Notes: a model not told the origin generated them from the letters alone. 64,000 nt of DNA from an uncultured delta proteobacterium (GCA_963804165.1 CAWDPO010000004.1:128001-192000); one strand, 5' to 3'. Positions 10,014 to 21,426 are shown, counted from the stretch's first letter. Made by a program: numbers and translations.

Positions 10014-11396
10014 CTATCCCAAATCTTTGAAGGATTCCTTGTGCAGTCCATGCCTCCTCATCTTTCTGTAGAGCGTCTTGTTATCAACCTTCGCTTCAAC
10101 GGCCGTCAAGGAAATAGCGCCCTTATGTTTTATCAAGAGGCTTCTGAGATATTCTTTTTCGCTGCGCAACAGCCACTGCTTAAGGGACAAGTCACCATCG
10201 CCATTGCTGACATAGAGCCGATCAAGGACCCTTTGGGGTGGCGCTGGCAGATCAACGTCTTCAATCAATTCACCTTGGCATTTGACTATAGCGCGCTCGA
10301 GAATATTCTCAAGTTCTCGTATATTTCCGGGCCACCGATACGCGAGCATACAATCGAGGACTTGAGCGCCGACTTGTTTAATTTTTTTCTCTTGCGCGAC
10401 CGGATGTTTACCCAAAATGTGGTTTATTAGAACCGGAAGATCTTCCAATCGTTCACGTAACGGCGGCAGTTGCAGCGGGATTACGTTGATTCGATAGTAA
10501 AAATCTTCGCGCAGCGTTCCGCGAGCTAAACAGATCTTTAAATCCACGTTAGTCGCCGCAACTACTCTCATGTCGACTTTTATCTTACGATTCCCACCCA
10601 GACGCTCAACCTCTCGTTCCTGCAGCACTCTCAAAAGTTTAACTTGCATCGGCGGAGCCATCGTCTCAATTTCGTCGAGGAAAAGAGTTCCCCCGTCAGC
10701 AATTTCGATTTTCCCGGCGCGGCTCTGTACGGCTCCAGTAAATGCACCCTTTTCGTACCCAAACAACTCGCTCTCAAGTAACGTGTCTGGAAACGCCCCG
10801 CAATTGATCGCGACAAATTGTTTTGACTGGCGTCGACTGAGATTATGGATGGCGCGGGCCACCAATTCCTTCCCGGTTCCAGTCTCACCCGTAATCATCA
10901 CTCCGGAATCGGTTTCAGCCAGTGATCTGATGAGGTCGAACACTTTCAGCATCTTCGGGCTCTTGCTGAGAATGTTTTCTAGATGATGTTCCTCATGAAC
11001 CTTTTGGCGAAGCTCCCGAACTTCGTCCAGCAAACGTCGTTTTTCGATGAGTTTTTCGCTTACCAGACGAATCGCCTCAGGTTGAAACGGCTTGGTAATA
11101 TAGTCACTTGCTCCCAGTTTCATCGCTTCCACTGCCTGCTTAATGTTTCCAAAAGCGGTGATTAGGATGACGTCGGTATCGGGGCACTTTTCACGAACGT
11201 GACGCGCCAACTGGAACCCATCCATTCCCGGCATTTTAACGTCGGAAACGACAATCGCAAATTTGTCTTCGGACAGCATCTTTACGCCGTCCTCACCACA
11301 GGACGCAGTCGTAACTCGGAAGCCTTCCTGTTCGTAAAACTGACCCAGCTGTTCCCTCAACCGATCATGGTCTTCGACGATCAAGACATTATACAT
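10014..11396 (-). CDS. sigma54-dependent NtrC-family response regulator
   Basis: Receiver (VEDH, SDVKMPGMDG, ITKP), GETGTGKE, GAFTGA, WPGNIRELEN, Fis-type HTH. Confidence 0.93.
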   Translation of the reverse strand: MYNVLIVEDHDRLREQLGQFYEQEGFRVTTASCGEDGVKMLSEDKFAIVVSDVKMPGMDGFQLARHVREKCPDTDVILITAFGNIKQAVEAMKLGASDYITKPFQPEAIRLVSEKLIEKRRLLDEVRELRQKVHEEHHLENILSKSPKMLKVFDLIRSLAETDSGVMITGETGTGKELVARAIHNLSRRQSKQFVAINCGAFPDTLLESELFGYEKGAFTGAVQSRAGKIEIADGGTLFLDEIETMAPPMQVKLLRVLQEREVERLGGNRKIKVDMRVVAATNVDLKICLARGTLREDFYYRINVIPLQLPPLRERLEDLPVLINHILGKHPVAQEKKIKQVGAQVLDCMLAYRWPGNIRELENILERAIVKCQGELIEDVDLPAPPQRVLDRLYVSNGDGDLSLKQWLLRSEKEYLRSLLIKHKGAISLTAVEAKVDNKTLYRKMRRHGLHKESFKDLG

Positions 11397-11438
11397 AACG
11401 GACGATGTTCACCCTCTGAATTTGATCTCTCGCTGGGA

Positions 11439-12551
11439 TCACTTAACCGATTCACTCACGGGGAGCGCTATTTCGACTCGTGTCCCGCAGCCCTCGTTAC
11501 TCGAAATATTCAAGAGTCCCCCGTGTATTTCCAAGATGCGAATTGCCATGCTGAGCCCAAGTCCATTCCTATCTCGTTTGGAGCTGAAAAAAGGCGCCGA
11601 GGCCTTAGCTAACGTCTCTTTTCCCATACCGATTCCGGTATCCACAATGCAGACCCGGACAATCGATTGTGACGTCGCAGCAAATCTCTCCTTTCGGGCG
11701 TCGATGATCACTTGATCGGCGCTTCTTGTCGCATCGAGGGCGTTTTGGATGAGCGAACTCAATGCAAGTTCGAGGAGAAACGGATCTCCCGAAACCCCCG
11801 CTCCGTCAAGCGATTCGTCGACGAGGGCTTTAAACGACACTTTTTTTTCCAAAAATAGTGGGCGCGCGGATTCGGTGACTGAACGAAGTATTTCACCAAT
11901 TTCCACAGCCGATAAGTAAACTGGAGCTTGGGTGTAGTGTGAAAAAGAACGTGTGAATTCGACGGCCCTGTCAACCGTGTCTTGGAGCGACTGTATCTCA
12001 TCGCTCGATGCTCCACTCCGTCTGAGGGAGCCAATCAGAAGATTAATCAACTGGAAATGATTTCCGATTTTGTGAATGAATTGGGAAATAACAGCGGTAT
12101 CGAGAGATCGGACCCGAGCGTCCCGCAGGAGCGGCGTAATAGAACCATGGATGCGAACGTCGTCGTTTATTTCCACCTTTCGAAAACTATGCGATACCCA
12201 TACGGGGAACCCCTGATCGTCAAGGAGTCTGTGATCCTCCGACGCTACCTCCCCTCCATGGAGTTGCTCCAGTCGCGCTATTAGCCGCTGACGATCTTCT
12301 TGACTAAGCCGGTTTTCCCAAAGCGAGCGGTTATCCTGTAAAGATTCCGGCTGAATGCCGATGAGGTCGAAAACGTTTGGCGAGATGACTCTGATCGTGA
12401 AGTCCGAGGTAGACTCATAGGTTACGCAAGGAAGGGAGGCCAAGAACTCGCTCATTTTACTGTACGCGCCTCGGAGGGATGACCCCATCAGTTGTTTCTT
12501 TTGGCTCCTCGGCCCTGAAGCACGAGCAAATGGTATCTTCAACCGCAGCAC
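11439..12551 (-). CDS. PAS-domain sensor histidine kinase (atypical H-box)
   Basis: PAS-like N-terminus, LIQNALDA N-box, DTGIGM G1, FFSSK F-box, GLGLS G2; directly upstream of the response regulator. Confidence 0.8.
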   Translation of the reverse strand: MLRLKIPFARASGPRSQKKQLMGSSLRGAYSKMSEFLASLPCVTYESTSDFTIRVISPNVFDLIGIQPESLQDNRSLWENRLSQEDRQRLIARLEQLHGGEVASEDHRLLDDQGFPVWVSHSFRKVEINDDVRIHGSITPLLRDARVRSLDTAVISQFIHKIGNHFQLINLLIGSLRRSGASSDEIQSLQDTVDRAVEFTRSFSHYTQAPVYLSAVEIGEILRSVTESARPLFLEKKVSFKALVDESLDGAGVSGDPFLLELALSSLIQNALDATRSADQVIIDARKERFAATSQSIVRVCIVDTGIGMGKETLAKASAPFFSSKRDRNGLGLSMAIRILEIHGGLLNISSNEGCGTRVEIALPVSESVK

Positions 12552-13259
12552 ACGATAGGATTTCGGTCAATCCGATCCCCCATTGCAGAAAAATCTTTTA
12601 ATTACAATTCACCTGGCATTTTTGCCATATTATGCGGTGCATTTCAAGAAATTTGTTACCGGCCGTTGAGTTTCATGCGCTCAGATCGACACGTGACTGC
12701 CATCGGTAAGTAACGAAAATAACTTATTTTACTCTAACTGCTTCCAAAAGACTCCTTGACGCCTCAAAGACTTCGGCAAACGAGTTTATATATTCGTACC
12801 GTTTCGGTTTGAGGTTTACCAAATGACCCCATAATGGTCCCGTATTAGATAAGGCTCCGTCGTTCTCCAAAGTCACTGCGGACCAAGGACCAGTCAAACT
12901 ATCCGGAATTGCACGGGTTATATATCCTGAACAGCCTCGGGACATTCTCGTGAGACTCGTAGGGCACAAGTGACCTTGAGCTTGTCAATCGTTCGTGAAA
13001 TCATCTCATCACCGGGTGTATTGTATTCGTTCAGCAACTAGAGAATCCGCCATTTGCGCCTCGACAAGCGTCCTCAATAAGCTCTCCTGCATTGAACGCC
13101 TAAGCCGTTATTTATTCGTTGAGTTCCCGTTATTCTTTCAATTAGAAAAATTAACTAGATAAGATACCGTGTTTGGAATATGGCCAACGAAATCAACTTC
13201 GCAAATAAACAAAAAGCGATCAACAGTATTAATTTTAGCAATGGGGGGAATAAACACCT

Positions 13260-13275
13260 TGGCACGTGACTTGCG
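13260..13275 (+). promoter_or_regulatory. sigma54 (-24/-12) promoter
   Basis: TGGCAC-GTGAC-TTGC matches the TGGCAC-N5-TTGC consensus; AT-rich upstream region; sigma54 activators nearby. Confidence 0.8.
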
Positions 13276-13314
13276 CAATCCGAAGGGAAATTTAACTATT
13301 TTCCACGTATCACC

Positions 13315-13827
13315 ATGACAGAGACTCCTGAGTTAGTACGCTCCCCCGCAGGGAACTTGGTTCCCTCAGGTTCTTTCCAACTTTACCGGGCGACTAAGAT
13401 CAGACGCCATCTGAGCGTGGATGACCTCGTCTCAAGCATGCCACTGGTGATCCGACGAAACTTTTTGGCCGGCGGTATTATTAAATCGTTGACCGGCATG
13501 CTTGGGCGCTCCGTAGTCATAATTGCAGAAAGCCGGGGGTTATTTTTTTCTCGACATATCTGCCCCAATGATGATGGCGCTGGGGAAGTCGCCGTGCCGC
13601 GGCTTGATCACTCGAAAACAATCGCATCCCTAAGCAATCTCGGATGCGGCATCCGTCCTGAGCGATCGGGCAGCCACTTCGCTCCTTCAGACTGCCAAGG
13701 AATGAGGCTTGGGGCGCACGGCCTGTGCCTGACTCGATCGGTCATCAAAGTCCACGCAGGACGGGTTCATATTGAAACTCATTTCAATGCCGACATCAAA
13801 TTATACTCTTGTCTTCCCATTCTCTAA
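13315..13827 (+). pseudogene. degenerate stand-alone HATPase_c-like ORF (possible prsK-type kinase remnant)
   Basis: SNLGCGIRPE resembles the G1 box (SDTGCGIPPE); GLCLTRSVIKVHAGRVHIET...LP resembles the G2 box and C-terminus. Confidence 0.5.
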
Positions 13828-15251
13828 TCGAAAAGGAAAGCAAAATGGTGAATCACAAAATTCTTCTCGTCGATGACGAAGAGAACATTCTGAAACACAT
13901 GCGTTCGGCACTGGAACCGGACTACCAAGTGCTCACGAGTTCGATGGAAGGCGAGGCCAGGTGCATGTTCGAAGCGGAAAAACCGGCGGTCGTTACATTG
14001 GACCTTGCGTTGGATCCGCACAATCCGGCTGATCTCGGCGGGATGCGTCTGCTCGAACACTTTCTTTTCAAAGAACCGTCGACGCGCGCTATTGTCGTCA
14101 CCGGCAATGACAATGATCAAAATGCCCTCCGTGCGGTACGACTAGGCGCGTTCGATTACTACGCTAAGCCCGTTCGGCTCGAAGAACTCAAAGTCATGAT
14201 CAAACGCGCATGTTACATCCATGAATTGCACCGGCGCGCGCACCAAGACGTTCAAACCGTTGGGGATGGATTTCTCGGCATGGTTGGAAGATCAAAGAAA
14301 ATGAAAGACATCTTTCGTTTTACCGAGCGTGTTGCCGCGTCGGATATCTCTGTTTTGATCTGCGGGGAAAGCGGAACCGGCAAAGAAGTTGTCGCCCGCG
14401 CGATTCATTTTCAAAGTCAACGAAAGAACAATCCCTTTGTCGTCGTCAATTGCGGCGCCATTCCCGAAAACCTCTTAGAAAGTGAATTGTTCGGTTACGA
14501 AAAAGGCGCCTTCACGGGCGCCCATGCACAGAAACTGGGGAAATTTGAACTTGCGCACAGCGGCACGTTGTTTCTCGATGAAGTTGGCGAACTTGCCCGA
14601 CCGCTTCAAGTCAAACTTCTTCGCTTTCTGCAAGATAGAAAGATCGAGAGAGTTGGCGGAACGCGGTCCATCGACCTCGATGTCCGAATTATTGCAGCGA
14701 CCAATCGCGATCTCAAAAAGGACATGGAAAACCATTTATTCCGTGAGGATCTTTACTATCGATTGAAAGTCGTACCGCTCGATATGCCGCCGCTTCGGGA
14801 ACGCAAGGAAGATATCATTCCCCTGGCAAAACATTTTCTAAGACAATTATGCAAAGATCACCGCAAGCCTCCCATCACCCTTTCGCCTGAAGCGGAAGGT
14901 GGGCTATTGGCGTATGCGTGGCCTGGCAACGTTCGCGAGCTCGAAAATCTGATTAGCCGCGCGGTCGTTCTGAGTCCTCGTTCCGTTCTCAAGCCGACCG
15001 ACTTGGGGTTTGCGTTGGATCAAACTCCGACGGACGTTAACCTAAAGTTTGCAAAAAGAGCCATCGAGATGGATTTCGTGAAAAAAGCCCTCCGGCGACA
15101 CGGTGGTGTCATTAGCCGTGCGGCGCGCGAACTAGGCATCAGCCGCATGAACCTCTACGAACTCATGGAGAGATACGACATTCGGGTTCAGGAATTCAAA
15201 ATGATAAAAGCGGGAACGCAACCCTCCATCGGGACACGGGAGGTTTCGTAA
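13809..15251 (+). CDS. prsR: PrsR-like (PEP-CTERM-box) sigma54-dependent response regulator; start probably ~13844
   Basis: PAVVTLDLAL, VVTGNDNDQNALRAVRLGAFDYYAKP typical of PrsR; GAFTGA; HTH; EPS context. Confidence 0.7.
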   Translation: MSSHSLIEKESKMVNHKILLVDDEENILKHMRSALEPDYQVLTSSMEGEARCMFEAEKPAVVTLDLALDPHNPADLGGMRLLEHFLFKEPSTRAIVVTGNDNDQNALRAVRLGAFDYYAKPVRLEELKVMIKRACYIHELHRRAHQDVQTVGDGFLGMVGRSKKMKDIFRFTERVAASDISVLICGESGTGKEVVARAIHFQSQRKNNPFVVVNCGAIPENLLESELFGYEKGAFTGAHAQKLGKFELAHSGTLFLDEVGELARPLQVKLLRFLQDRKIERVGGTRSIDLDVRIIAATNRDLKKDMENHLFREDLYYRLKVVPLDMPPLRERKEDIIPLAKHFLRQLCKDHRKPPITLSPEAEGGLLAYAWPGNVRELENLISRAVVLSPRSVLKPTDLGFALDQTPTDVNLKFAKRAIEMDFVKKALRRHGGVISRAARELGISRMNLYELMERYDIRVQEFKMIKAGTQPSIGTREVS

Positions 15252-15252
15252 C

Positions 15253-15590
15253 TTGAACGGGTTAAAAACCAAGCTCGAAGCTCAAGAGGCGACGGCGGTG
15301 GTGATCGGACTCGGTTATGTCGGATTGCCCCTGGCCATGGAGATCGCAGCAGCTGGTTTTAGAGTGATCGGGATCGATCCGACGCCACTAAAATGACCAC
15401 ACTCAAACAAGGCAAATCTTATATTTTAGACGTCCCCCGAGAGCCGCATCGTCGAGGCCGTTCAAACCCAGCAATTTAGGCCGACTTCGGTTTTTGGCGC
15501 ACTCGCCAACGCCGACACCGTTAGCATTTGTGTACCCACGCCGTTAAGCAAGAGCCGCGATCCGGATATTTCATTCATCCTTTCCGCCAC
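15253..15590 (+). CDS. UDP-glucose/GDP-mannose dehydrogenase family, 5' fragment only (frameshifted, truncated at a junction)
   Basis: Read manually: VIGLGYVGLPLA...GFRVIGID and ADTVSICVPTPLSKSRDPDISFI; no continuation after ~15590. Confidence 0.8.
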
Positions 15591-15784
15591 TGCTGGAGCG
15601 CGGCACAAGGATAGCCGAACGCATCCGAACTGCGGCTCTGATTTCGCTCGAGGAAAAGAACATTTTGCAAACTATTTGCGGCGTTGCCGCATGGCTGACG
15701 ACGCGGTGGGAGGAAGGTACCCGAGAGCTCAGTGTCCCTACGTTAGATCCACCGCTTTGGGAGGTTAACCGACTGTAAGGGTTT

Positions 15785-18700
15785 TCACTTGCCGTGACAC
15801 CGTTTGTATTTCTTGCCACTGCCGCACGGGCAGGGATCGTTGCGACCGACCTTCTCACCGTCGCGTTTGGCTGGGCCGCTCGGGCGTTCAGGCACCGCCT
15901 CTTCGCCGTGGCTCAATACCATGCGTTGTGGTCGAGGCTGCTCGATCTCGATTTCCCGCGCAACGCTTTCTCGTGCTAGTTCCACCGTGAACAATTTTTG
16001 TACGACGTCTTCTTCTTTTCGGCGTACCATCTCTTCGAACATGTCGAATCCCTCTTTCTGATACTCCTGGAGCGGATTCTTTTGCCCGTAGCCGCGCAAA
16101 CCAATGCCCTCTTTGAGATGATCCATGTTTAGAAGATGATCTTTCCACAGACTGTCGATGGTTTGCAGCATAATGATTTTTTCCAATTGCCGGAGCATCG
16201 GCTCGCCAAAACGTTTTTCCTTATCTTCGTAAGTTTGCAGCACCCGCTGGTGTGCCGTTTCCGATAGACCTTCCGTCGACAATGACTCTTCTTCTCCGGC
16301 TTTAAACTCCAAACGAAGATTAAACTGATGATAAAACGCTTCGCCTAAACCTGCGAGATCCCATTCGGACGGATGAAGCTCTTTGTCCGAGTATCGTCCA
16401 ACAATATCCTCAACAAGATCCTCGGCCATTTCGAGCACCTGCTCTTTCGAGGCCTCGCCTTTCAACACATCCCGCCTTTGGTTGTAGACAACCTCCCGTT
16501 GCTTGTTGAGCACGTCATCGTACTCCAAAAGATGTTTACGAATATCGAAGTTGTGTCCTTCAACCTTCTTTTGAGCATTTTCGATGGCACGAGTTACCAA
16601 TCCATGCTCGATGGGTACACCTTCCTCCATGCCGAGCCGGCTCATAATACCCTGAATCCGATCCGCGCCAAAAATTCGCATCAGATCGTCTTCCAAAGAC
16701 AGATAAAAACGCGACGAGCCGGGATCGCCCTGCCGGCCTGCGCGGCCGCGCAGCTGATTATCGATGCGCCGGCTTTCGTGACGCTCCGTGCCTAGAATAT
16801 GCAATCCCCCAGCGGCGATAACGCGATCCTTTTCCTCACTGCACACCTTGTTGTAGTTTTCCAAGATTTCACTAAATCGCTGGCGATTTTGGTCCGGGGC
16901 TTTATCCAACTCTTCTCGAACCTGTTCGACCATGCGAAGATATTCCTGCCGTTTCGCTTCGTAGTATTGCTGCGCGGCCTGTATCGACTCCTCGTACGGC
17001 ACTCGGATTTCTTCGCAGCGGGCTTCAGCTTCCTCAAAAGCACGATGAGCCTCATCGTATTCTGTAATGACGGCGGCGTGTTCCCCGTCGGCAAGCGCGG
17101 CGCGGGCGTTTTCAAACTCCAGATCAATCAGGCGCTGCTCGTAAATTCGGCGTTTCTCATCGAGCGCTTCGATCAGAGCTTCGCGCTCACCGTTGTTTTG
17201 TTGCCAGCGTTCCAATGCCGCAGTAAATCCGTCCCTTGCTTCGTCGAATTCGCCGGCGGTCTCGGCATCGGTGCCGCGAGATGCATTGAGAACCGCGGCT
17301 TCGAGCGCCTCTTTACTGCGCAGATATCCTTCAGGAATCGGACGCATATTATGAAGTGCTTCGATCAGTTGCGTCGCTGAAAGATCCTCGTAACGCTCGC
17401 GCGCCTCGCGAAAAGGTGAAATCCCGCGGATCTCACGCTGAAGTTCCGTGGTTCGCTTTAACGCTTCGCCGCGTTTTTGATCGAAAACCTCTCCATCCTT
17501 CAGATACTTTTGTTCCGCGCGCTGCACCTCTTCTTCGTATTTTTCTCTAAGTTCGCGCAGGGCGTCTTCGTAGCGCGCTGCGCCTTGAATCGGCAGTTTT
17601 GCCGCGCGGCTGATCCATTCGTTTTCCATATCCGAGCGCGCAAGAAATTCCGGATTGCCGCCGAGCAAGATATCCGTGCCCCGTCCCGCCATGTTGGTCG
17701 CGATGGTCACCGCGGCGAACCTGCCCGCCTGAGCGATTATGCTCGCCTCGGCTTCATGGTTCACCGCATTCAAAACGTTGTGCTTGATGCCTTTCTTTTT
17801 GAGCATGCGTGAGATCCGCTCGGATTTGGCCACCGAAGTCGTGCCGACCAATATGGGTTGTCCCTTCTTGCTTCGCTCTTCGATTTCCTGGACGACCGCG
17901 TCGTATTTTTCATTGTCGGTGCGATAGACCACGTCCGGAAGATCCTGACGCACCATCGCGCGATGAGTCGGGATGACAACAACATCCAGTTTATAGATTT
18001 TTTTGAACTCGGGAGCCTCCGTGTCCGCGGTCCCAGTCATGCCGGCCAGCTTCTTGTACATGCGAAAATAATTTTGAATCGTGATCGTTGCCAGCGTCTG
18101 GTTTTCTTCCCGAATATGCACGCGCTCCTTGGCTTCGACCGCCTGATGCAATCCGTCCGACCAGCGCCGCCCCGGCATCAATCTACCGGTGAATTCGTCG
18201 ACAATGATCACCTCTCCGTCCTTCACCACATAGTCGACGTCACGCTTGAAAATCGCGTGCGCCTTGAGCGCCTGCTGCACGTGGTGCAAGGTATCAATCT
18301 GGCGCGGATCGTAGAGATTGTGTACGCCGAGCAAACGCTCCACCTTCGCCACGCCACCTTCCGTCAACGTGACCGCGCGGCTTTTTTCGTCAACCGTATA
18401 ATCGCCCTTGGCGTCGATCGCAGCGCGGTCCTCCTGGGATGGGTCGCCCTGGATTACCGCACCCCTTTGCAGTTTCGGAATGATACGATCGATGACGTAG
18501 TACTTATCCGTGGATTCCTCCGCTGGCCCGGAAATGATCAGCGGGGTTCGCGCTTCATCGATGAGGATATTATCGACCTCGTCCACCACGGCGTAATTGA
18601 GTTCCCGTTGGACATACTCTTCCAGCGAGAACTTCATGTTGTCGCGCAGATAATCAAAGCCAAATTCGTTATTGGTGCCGTAGGTGATATCTGCGAGGTA

Positions 18701-19381
18701 CGCTTCCTGGCGGCTGATCGGGCGCAAGTTGAGATAACGATAATCCTGAGTAATAAATGTCGGGTCGAAAAGATAACTCGCTTCGTGCACGATGGACGCG
18801 GTCGACAACCCCAACTTGTGGAATATCGGCCCCATCCACTGGACGTCACGCCGAGCTAGATAGTCGTTCACGGTGATCAGGTGAACGCCGCGACCCGTTA
18901 AAGCATTCAAGTAAAGCGCCAGAGTCGCCACGAGAGTTTTGCCTTCGCCGGTTTTCATCTCGGCGATCTTGCCCTCGTGAAGCACGACCCCGCCGATCAT
19001 TTGCACGTCGAAATGGCGCAGTCCGATCGTGCGCCGCGAAGCCTCGCGCACAGCCGCGAACGCTTCCGCGAGAAGGTCTTCGAGAACCTCAGCCTCTTTC
19101 TCGCGTAATTGCTTATCGATCTCTTCGATCTGTGTTTTGATCTCGTCGCGGCGATCCGGTTCCGCGTTTACGCCTTCGACACGCGCTTCCTCGAGATCCC
19201 TTTTCAAGTTCGCGGTAGCTTCGGAAAGACGCGCCTTAAACTGGTCCGTTCTTGCCTTCAGTTCTGCATCGGTGAACCGCTGACAATCAGACTCCCACTT
19301 GTTGATGTTTTCGACGTAAGGACGAATCCGCTTGATTTCTCGGTCGTTCTTGGTGCCGATGATTTTTTTTATCCAATCCAT
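15785..19381 (-). CDS. secA: protein translocase ATPase SecA (1198 aa, large insertion)
   Basis: [66 protein letters not shown]-terminal [13 protein letters not shown]. Confidence 0.98.
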   Translation of the reverse strand: MDWIKKIIGTKNDREIKRIRPYVENINKWESDCQRFTDAELKARTDQFKARLSEATANLKRDLEEARVEGVNAEPDRRDEIKTQIEEIDKQLREKEAEVLEDLLAEAFAAVREASRRTIGLRHFDVQMIGGVVLHEGKIAEMKTGEGKTLVATLALYLNALTGRGVHLITVNDYLARRDVQWMGPIFHKLGLSTASIVHEASYLFDPTFITQDYRYLNLRPISRQEAYLADITYGTNNEFGFDYLRDNMKFSLEEYVQRELNYAVVDEVDNILIDEARTPLIISGPAEESTDKYYVIDRIIPKLQRGAVIQGDPSQEDRAAIDAKGDYTVDEKSRAVTLTEGGVAKVERLLGVHNLYDPRQIDTLHHVQQALKAHAIFKRDVDYVVKDGEVIIVDEFTGRLMPGRRWSDGLHQAVEAKERVHIREENQTLATITIQNYFRMYKKLAGMTGTADTEAPEFKKIYKLDVVVIPTHRAMVRQDLPDVVYRTDNEKYDAVVQEIEERSKKGQPILVGTTSVAKSERISRMLKKKGIKHNVLNAVNHEAEASIIAQAGRFAAVTIATNMAGRGTDILLGGNPEFLARSDMENEWISRAAKLPIQGAARYEDALRELREKYEEEVQRAEQKYLKDGEVFDQKRGEALKRTTELQREIRGISPFREARERYEDLSATQLIEALHNMRPIPEGYLRSKEALEAAVLNASRGTDAETAGEFDEARDGFTAALERWQQNNGEREALIEALDEKRRIYEQRLIDLEFENARAALADGEHAAVITEYDEAHRAFEEAEARCEEIRVPYEESIQAAQQYYEAKRQEYLRMVEQVREELDKAPDQNRQRFSEILENYNKVCSEEKDRVIAAGGLHILGTERHESRRIDNQLRGRAGRQGDPGSSRFYLSLEDDLMRIFGADRIQGIMSRLGMEEGVPIEHGLVTRAIENAQKKVEGHNFDIRKHLLEYDDVLNKQREVVYNQRRDVLKGEASKEQVLEMAEDLVEDIVGRYSDKELHPSEWDLAGLGEAFYHQFNLRLEFKAGEEESLSTEGLSETAHQRVLQTYEDKEKRFGEPMLRQLEKIIMLQTIDSLWKDHLLNMDHLKEGIGLRGYGQKNPLQEYQKEGFDMFEEMVRRKEEDVVQKLFTVELARESVAREIEIEQPRPQRMVLSHGEEAVPERPSGPAKRDGEKVGRNDPCPCGSGKKYKRCHGK

Positions 19382-19505
19382 AAAGCGCTGAATGTTCTCC
19401 TGCTTGCTTTGCGACGGAGAAGGAATCGATTTAGCTAGAGAATATCAAAATACATGATTCCGCCATGCACTTAAAGGCATTCTTGAGGAACGAAATTCAA
19501 CGCCG

Positions 19506-20306
19506 TCAACGTTCAATGCGCACCGCCGACTCGACTTTCTCGCCGAGAAAGCGCCGGCCGACTTTAATGAAGCGGTCGGGTGCGTCGGTGACAAAAAAGC
19601 TATGTGTCCCTTTGCCGTTTTTTCTCAAGATCGATTTCCTTTTTAGAACCGACTCCACCACTTTGGCGGTTTCCTCGGCAGAATCGACCAGGCGCACGCC
19701 GCTGCCCATGAACTTTCGAATCGCTTTCTTCAATAACGGATAATGCGTGCAGCCCAGTATCAGCGTGTCGATCCCGCTTTGCTTAAAACTCTGCAGGTAG
19801 GCCTTGGCCGTCATCTCGACCACGTCGTTGTCTGTCCAACCTTCCTCGACTAACGGCACGAATAGCGGACAGGCTCGACTGTAGACTTCAATGGCCGGAT
19901 TCACCGCTTTGAGGGCATGCGTGTAAGCTCCGCTTTGAATCGTCGCTTCCGTACCGATGACGCCGATCTTTTTATTTTTCGTGCTTCTGACCGCACGCCG
20001 CACTCCCGGCTCGATCACGCCGATCACTGGAACCGCCAAGCGCTCTATTAATCGATTCAACGCGATGGCCGTTGATGTGTTGCACGCAATGACGACAACC
20101 TTGACGCCCTTTTCAACGAGGAATTCGCTATTTTCGAAAGAATAGCGCAACACCGTTTCCACTGATTTCGTACCGTACGGCGCCCGTGCGGTATCCCCCA
20201 AATAGACTGTGTTTTCCCGTGGCAAAGCTTCGATGATCTGGTGCAACACCGTGAGACCGCCGATTCCCGAGTCAAAGACACCGATCGCGCTGTCCTTGTT
20301 CAGCAT
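19506..20306 (-). CDS. murI: glutamate racemase
   Basis: FDSGIGGLTV, PYGTKS, IACNTS, LGCTHYP. Confidence 0.97.
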   Translation of the reverse strand: MLNKDSAIGVFDSGIGGLTVLHQIIEALPRENTVYLGDTARAPYGTKSVETVLRYSFENSEFLVEKGVKVVVIACNTSTAIALNRLIERLAVPVIGVIEPGVRRAVRSTKNKKIGVIGTEATIQSGAYTHALKAVNPAIEVYSRACPLFVPLVEEGWTDNDVVEMTAKAYLQSFKQSGIDTLILGCTHYPLLKKAIRKFMGSGVRLVDSAEETAKVVESVLKRKSILRKNGKGTHSFFVTDAPDRFIKVGRRFLGEKVESAVRIER

Positions 20307-20316
20307 TTTTTGACTA

Positions 20317-21411
20317 TCAATCGACCGGCGCCATTTGATTGCCGAGTTCCTTCTCGCAGGCCGGAGCGAAACCGAACACCTGTTGCCATACGTCTCGCGA
20401 TTCCATGCAGAGATAAATCTTGACCGTCGGCGCGGCGCGGCGAATCCAACTGACCATCTTGCGGTACATCTCGACGCGCAATGGCTGAAAGTAGCGCATC
20501 TTGCCGTCGGGACAAAGCACTTGCTCCCCGGTTACGAGCCGAGTGTGCGGAAATCGCTCGCGCATCATCCGCTTAAGCACGGGCGTCTCCCGCAATACGC
20601 CGAGACTCAACCACGAAAGCTGGTGCCAATCGATGGTCGCAAAAATCTGTTCGAGCATCGTTTGGTAGCCCACTTCCCATCCGCGATATTCGATTATCGG
20701 ATCGAAGTGAAAGCCTATACGGTAGCCGGCGTCCTGACAACGACGCGCCGCAGCAAGCCGATCATCGAATGACGCTGTGCCATGCTCGTCGAGATCGATC
20801 ACCGGCTGGGGATTCATAGACCACGCGACCACGACGCGGCCTTTAGAATCGAGATCGAGTAAGCTGTCGACGCAGTCGCTTTTGGTCTTGAGCTCTAGGA
20901 GCACGTTAGGTTGGTCGGCAAAGTACGGGATCAGCTCTTTCACCATGCCGGTGTACGGCTCGAGCGCCAGGCTATCGGTTATCTCTCCGGTGCCGATGCG
21001 GAAAAAGACACCGCGATGCTTTTGCAAAGTACGATCGGCTTCGTCGATCAAATCGTCGACATTGCTAAAAACCTTAAGCGATGGGTTATCGAGCAAATAG
21101 TCTTGCAGGTAGCAGTAGCTGCAATCCATCGGGCAGTTACTGGCGAAGTTGATCACGAAATAGTTGCAACATACCTGGCCGTCGCTGCCCGGACATTTTT
21201 TTAAGAAATCCCCCTTGTAGCGGCTCAAGTAAAGTTTCTTTTTCGCCGCGCCAAAGCGATCGCCACGGGCGAAATCGGTAGTCGCATCCGATCCAAGACC
21301 GTCGACGAATTTTACGGGAACTTGCGGCAACGTGCGCCGCAAATTGGCGTAGATTCGACTCGACACTGAGCCGTGTTCGACGATCAGTTCTTCGGGGAGG
21401 AAATCTTCCAT
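20317..21411 (-). CDS. spore photoproduct lyase-family radical SAM protein
   Basis: NCPMDCSYCYLQ (CxxxCxxC), RIGTGEITDSL, LELKTKS, AWSMNP, FHFDPII, YLCME. Confidence 0.8.
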   Translation of the reverse strand: MEDFLPEELIVEHGSVSSRIYANLRRTLPQVPVKFVDGLGSDATTDFARGDRFGAAKKKLYLSRYKGDFLKKCPGSDGQVCCNYFVINFASNCPMDCSYCYLQDYLLDNPSLKVFSNVDDLIDEADRTLQKHRGVFFRIGTGEITDSLALEPYTGMVKELIPYFADQPNVLLELKTKSDCVDSLLDLDSKGRVVVAWSMNPQPVIDLDEHGTASFDDRLAAARRCQDAGYRIGFHFDPIIEYRGWEVGYQTMLEQIFATIDWHQLSWLSLGVLRETPVLKRMMRERFPHTRLVTGEQVLCPDGKMRYFQPLRVEMYRKMVSWIRRAAPTVKIYLCMESRDVWQQVFGFAPACEKELGNQMAPVD

Positions 21412-21426
21412 GCGGCAATTACTGTC

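Noticed and set aside
12615-12628. Second sigma54 promoter (TGGCATTTTTGCCA)
   Set aside because: GG-to-GC spacing does not fit -24/-12. It is only a short palindrome of unknown role.
16830-17640. Intein in SecA
   Set aside because: No N-terminal C/S block, no C-terminal HN motif and no LAGLIDADG. The insert is simply charged helical sequence.
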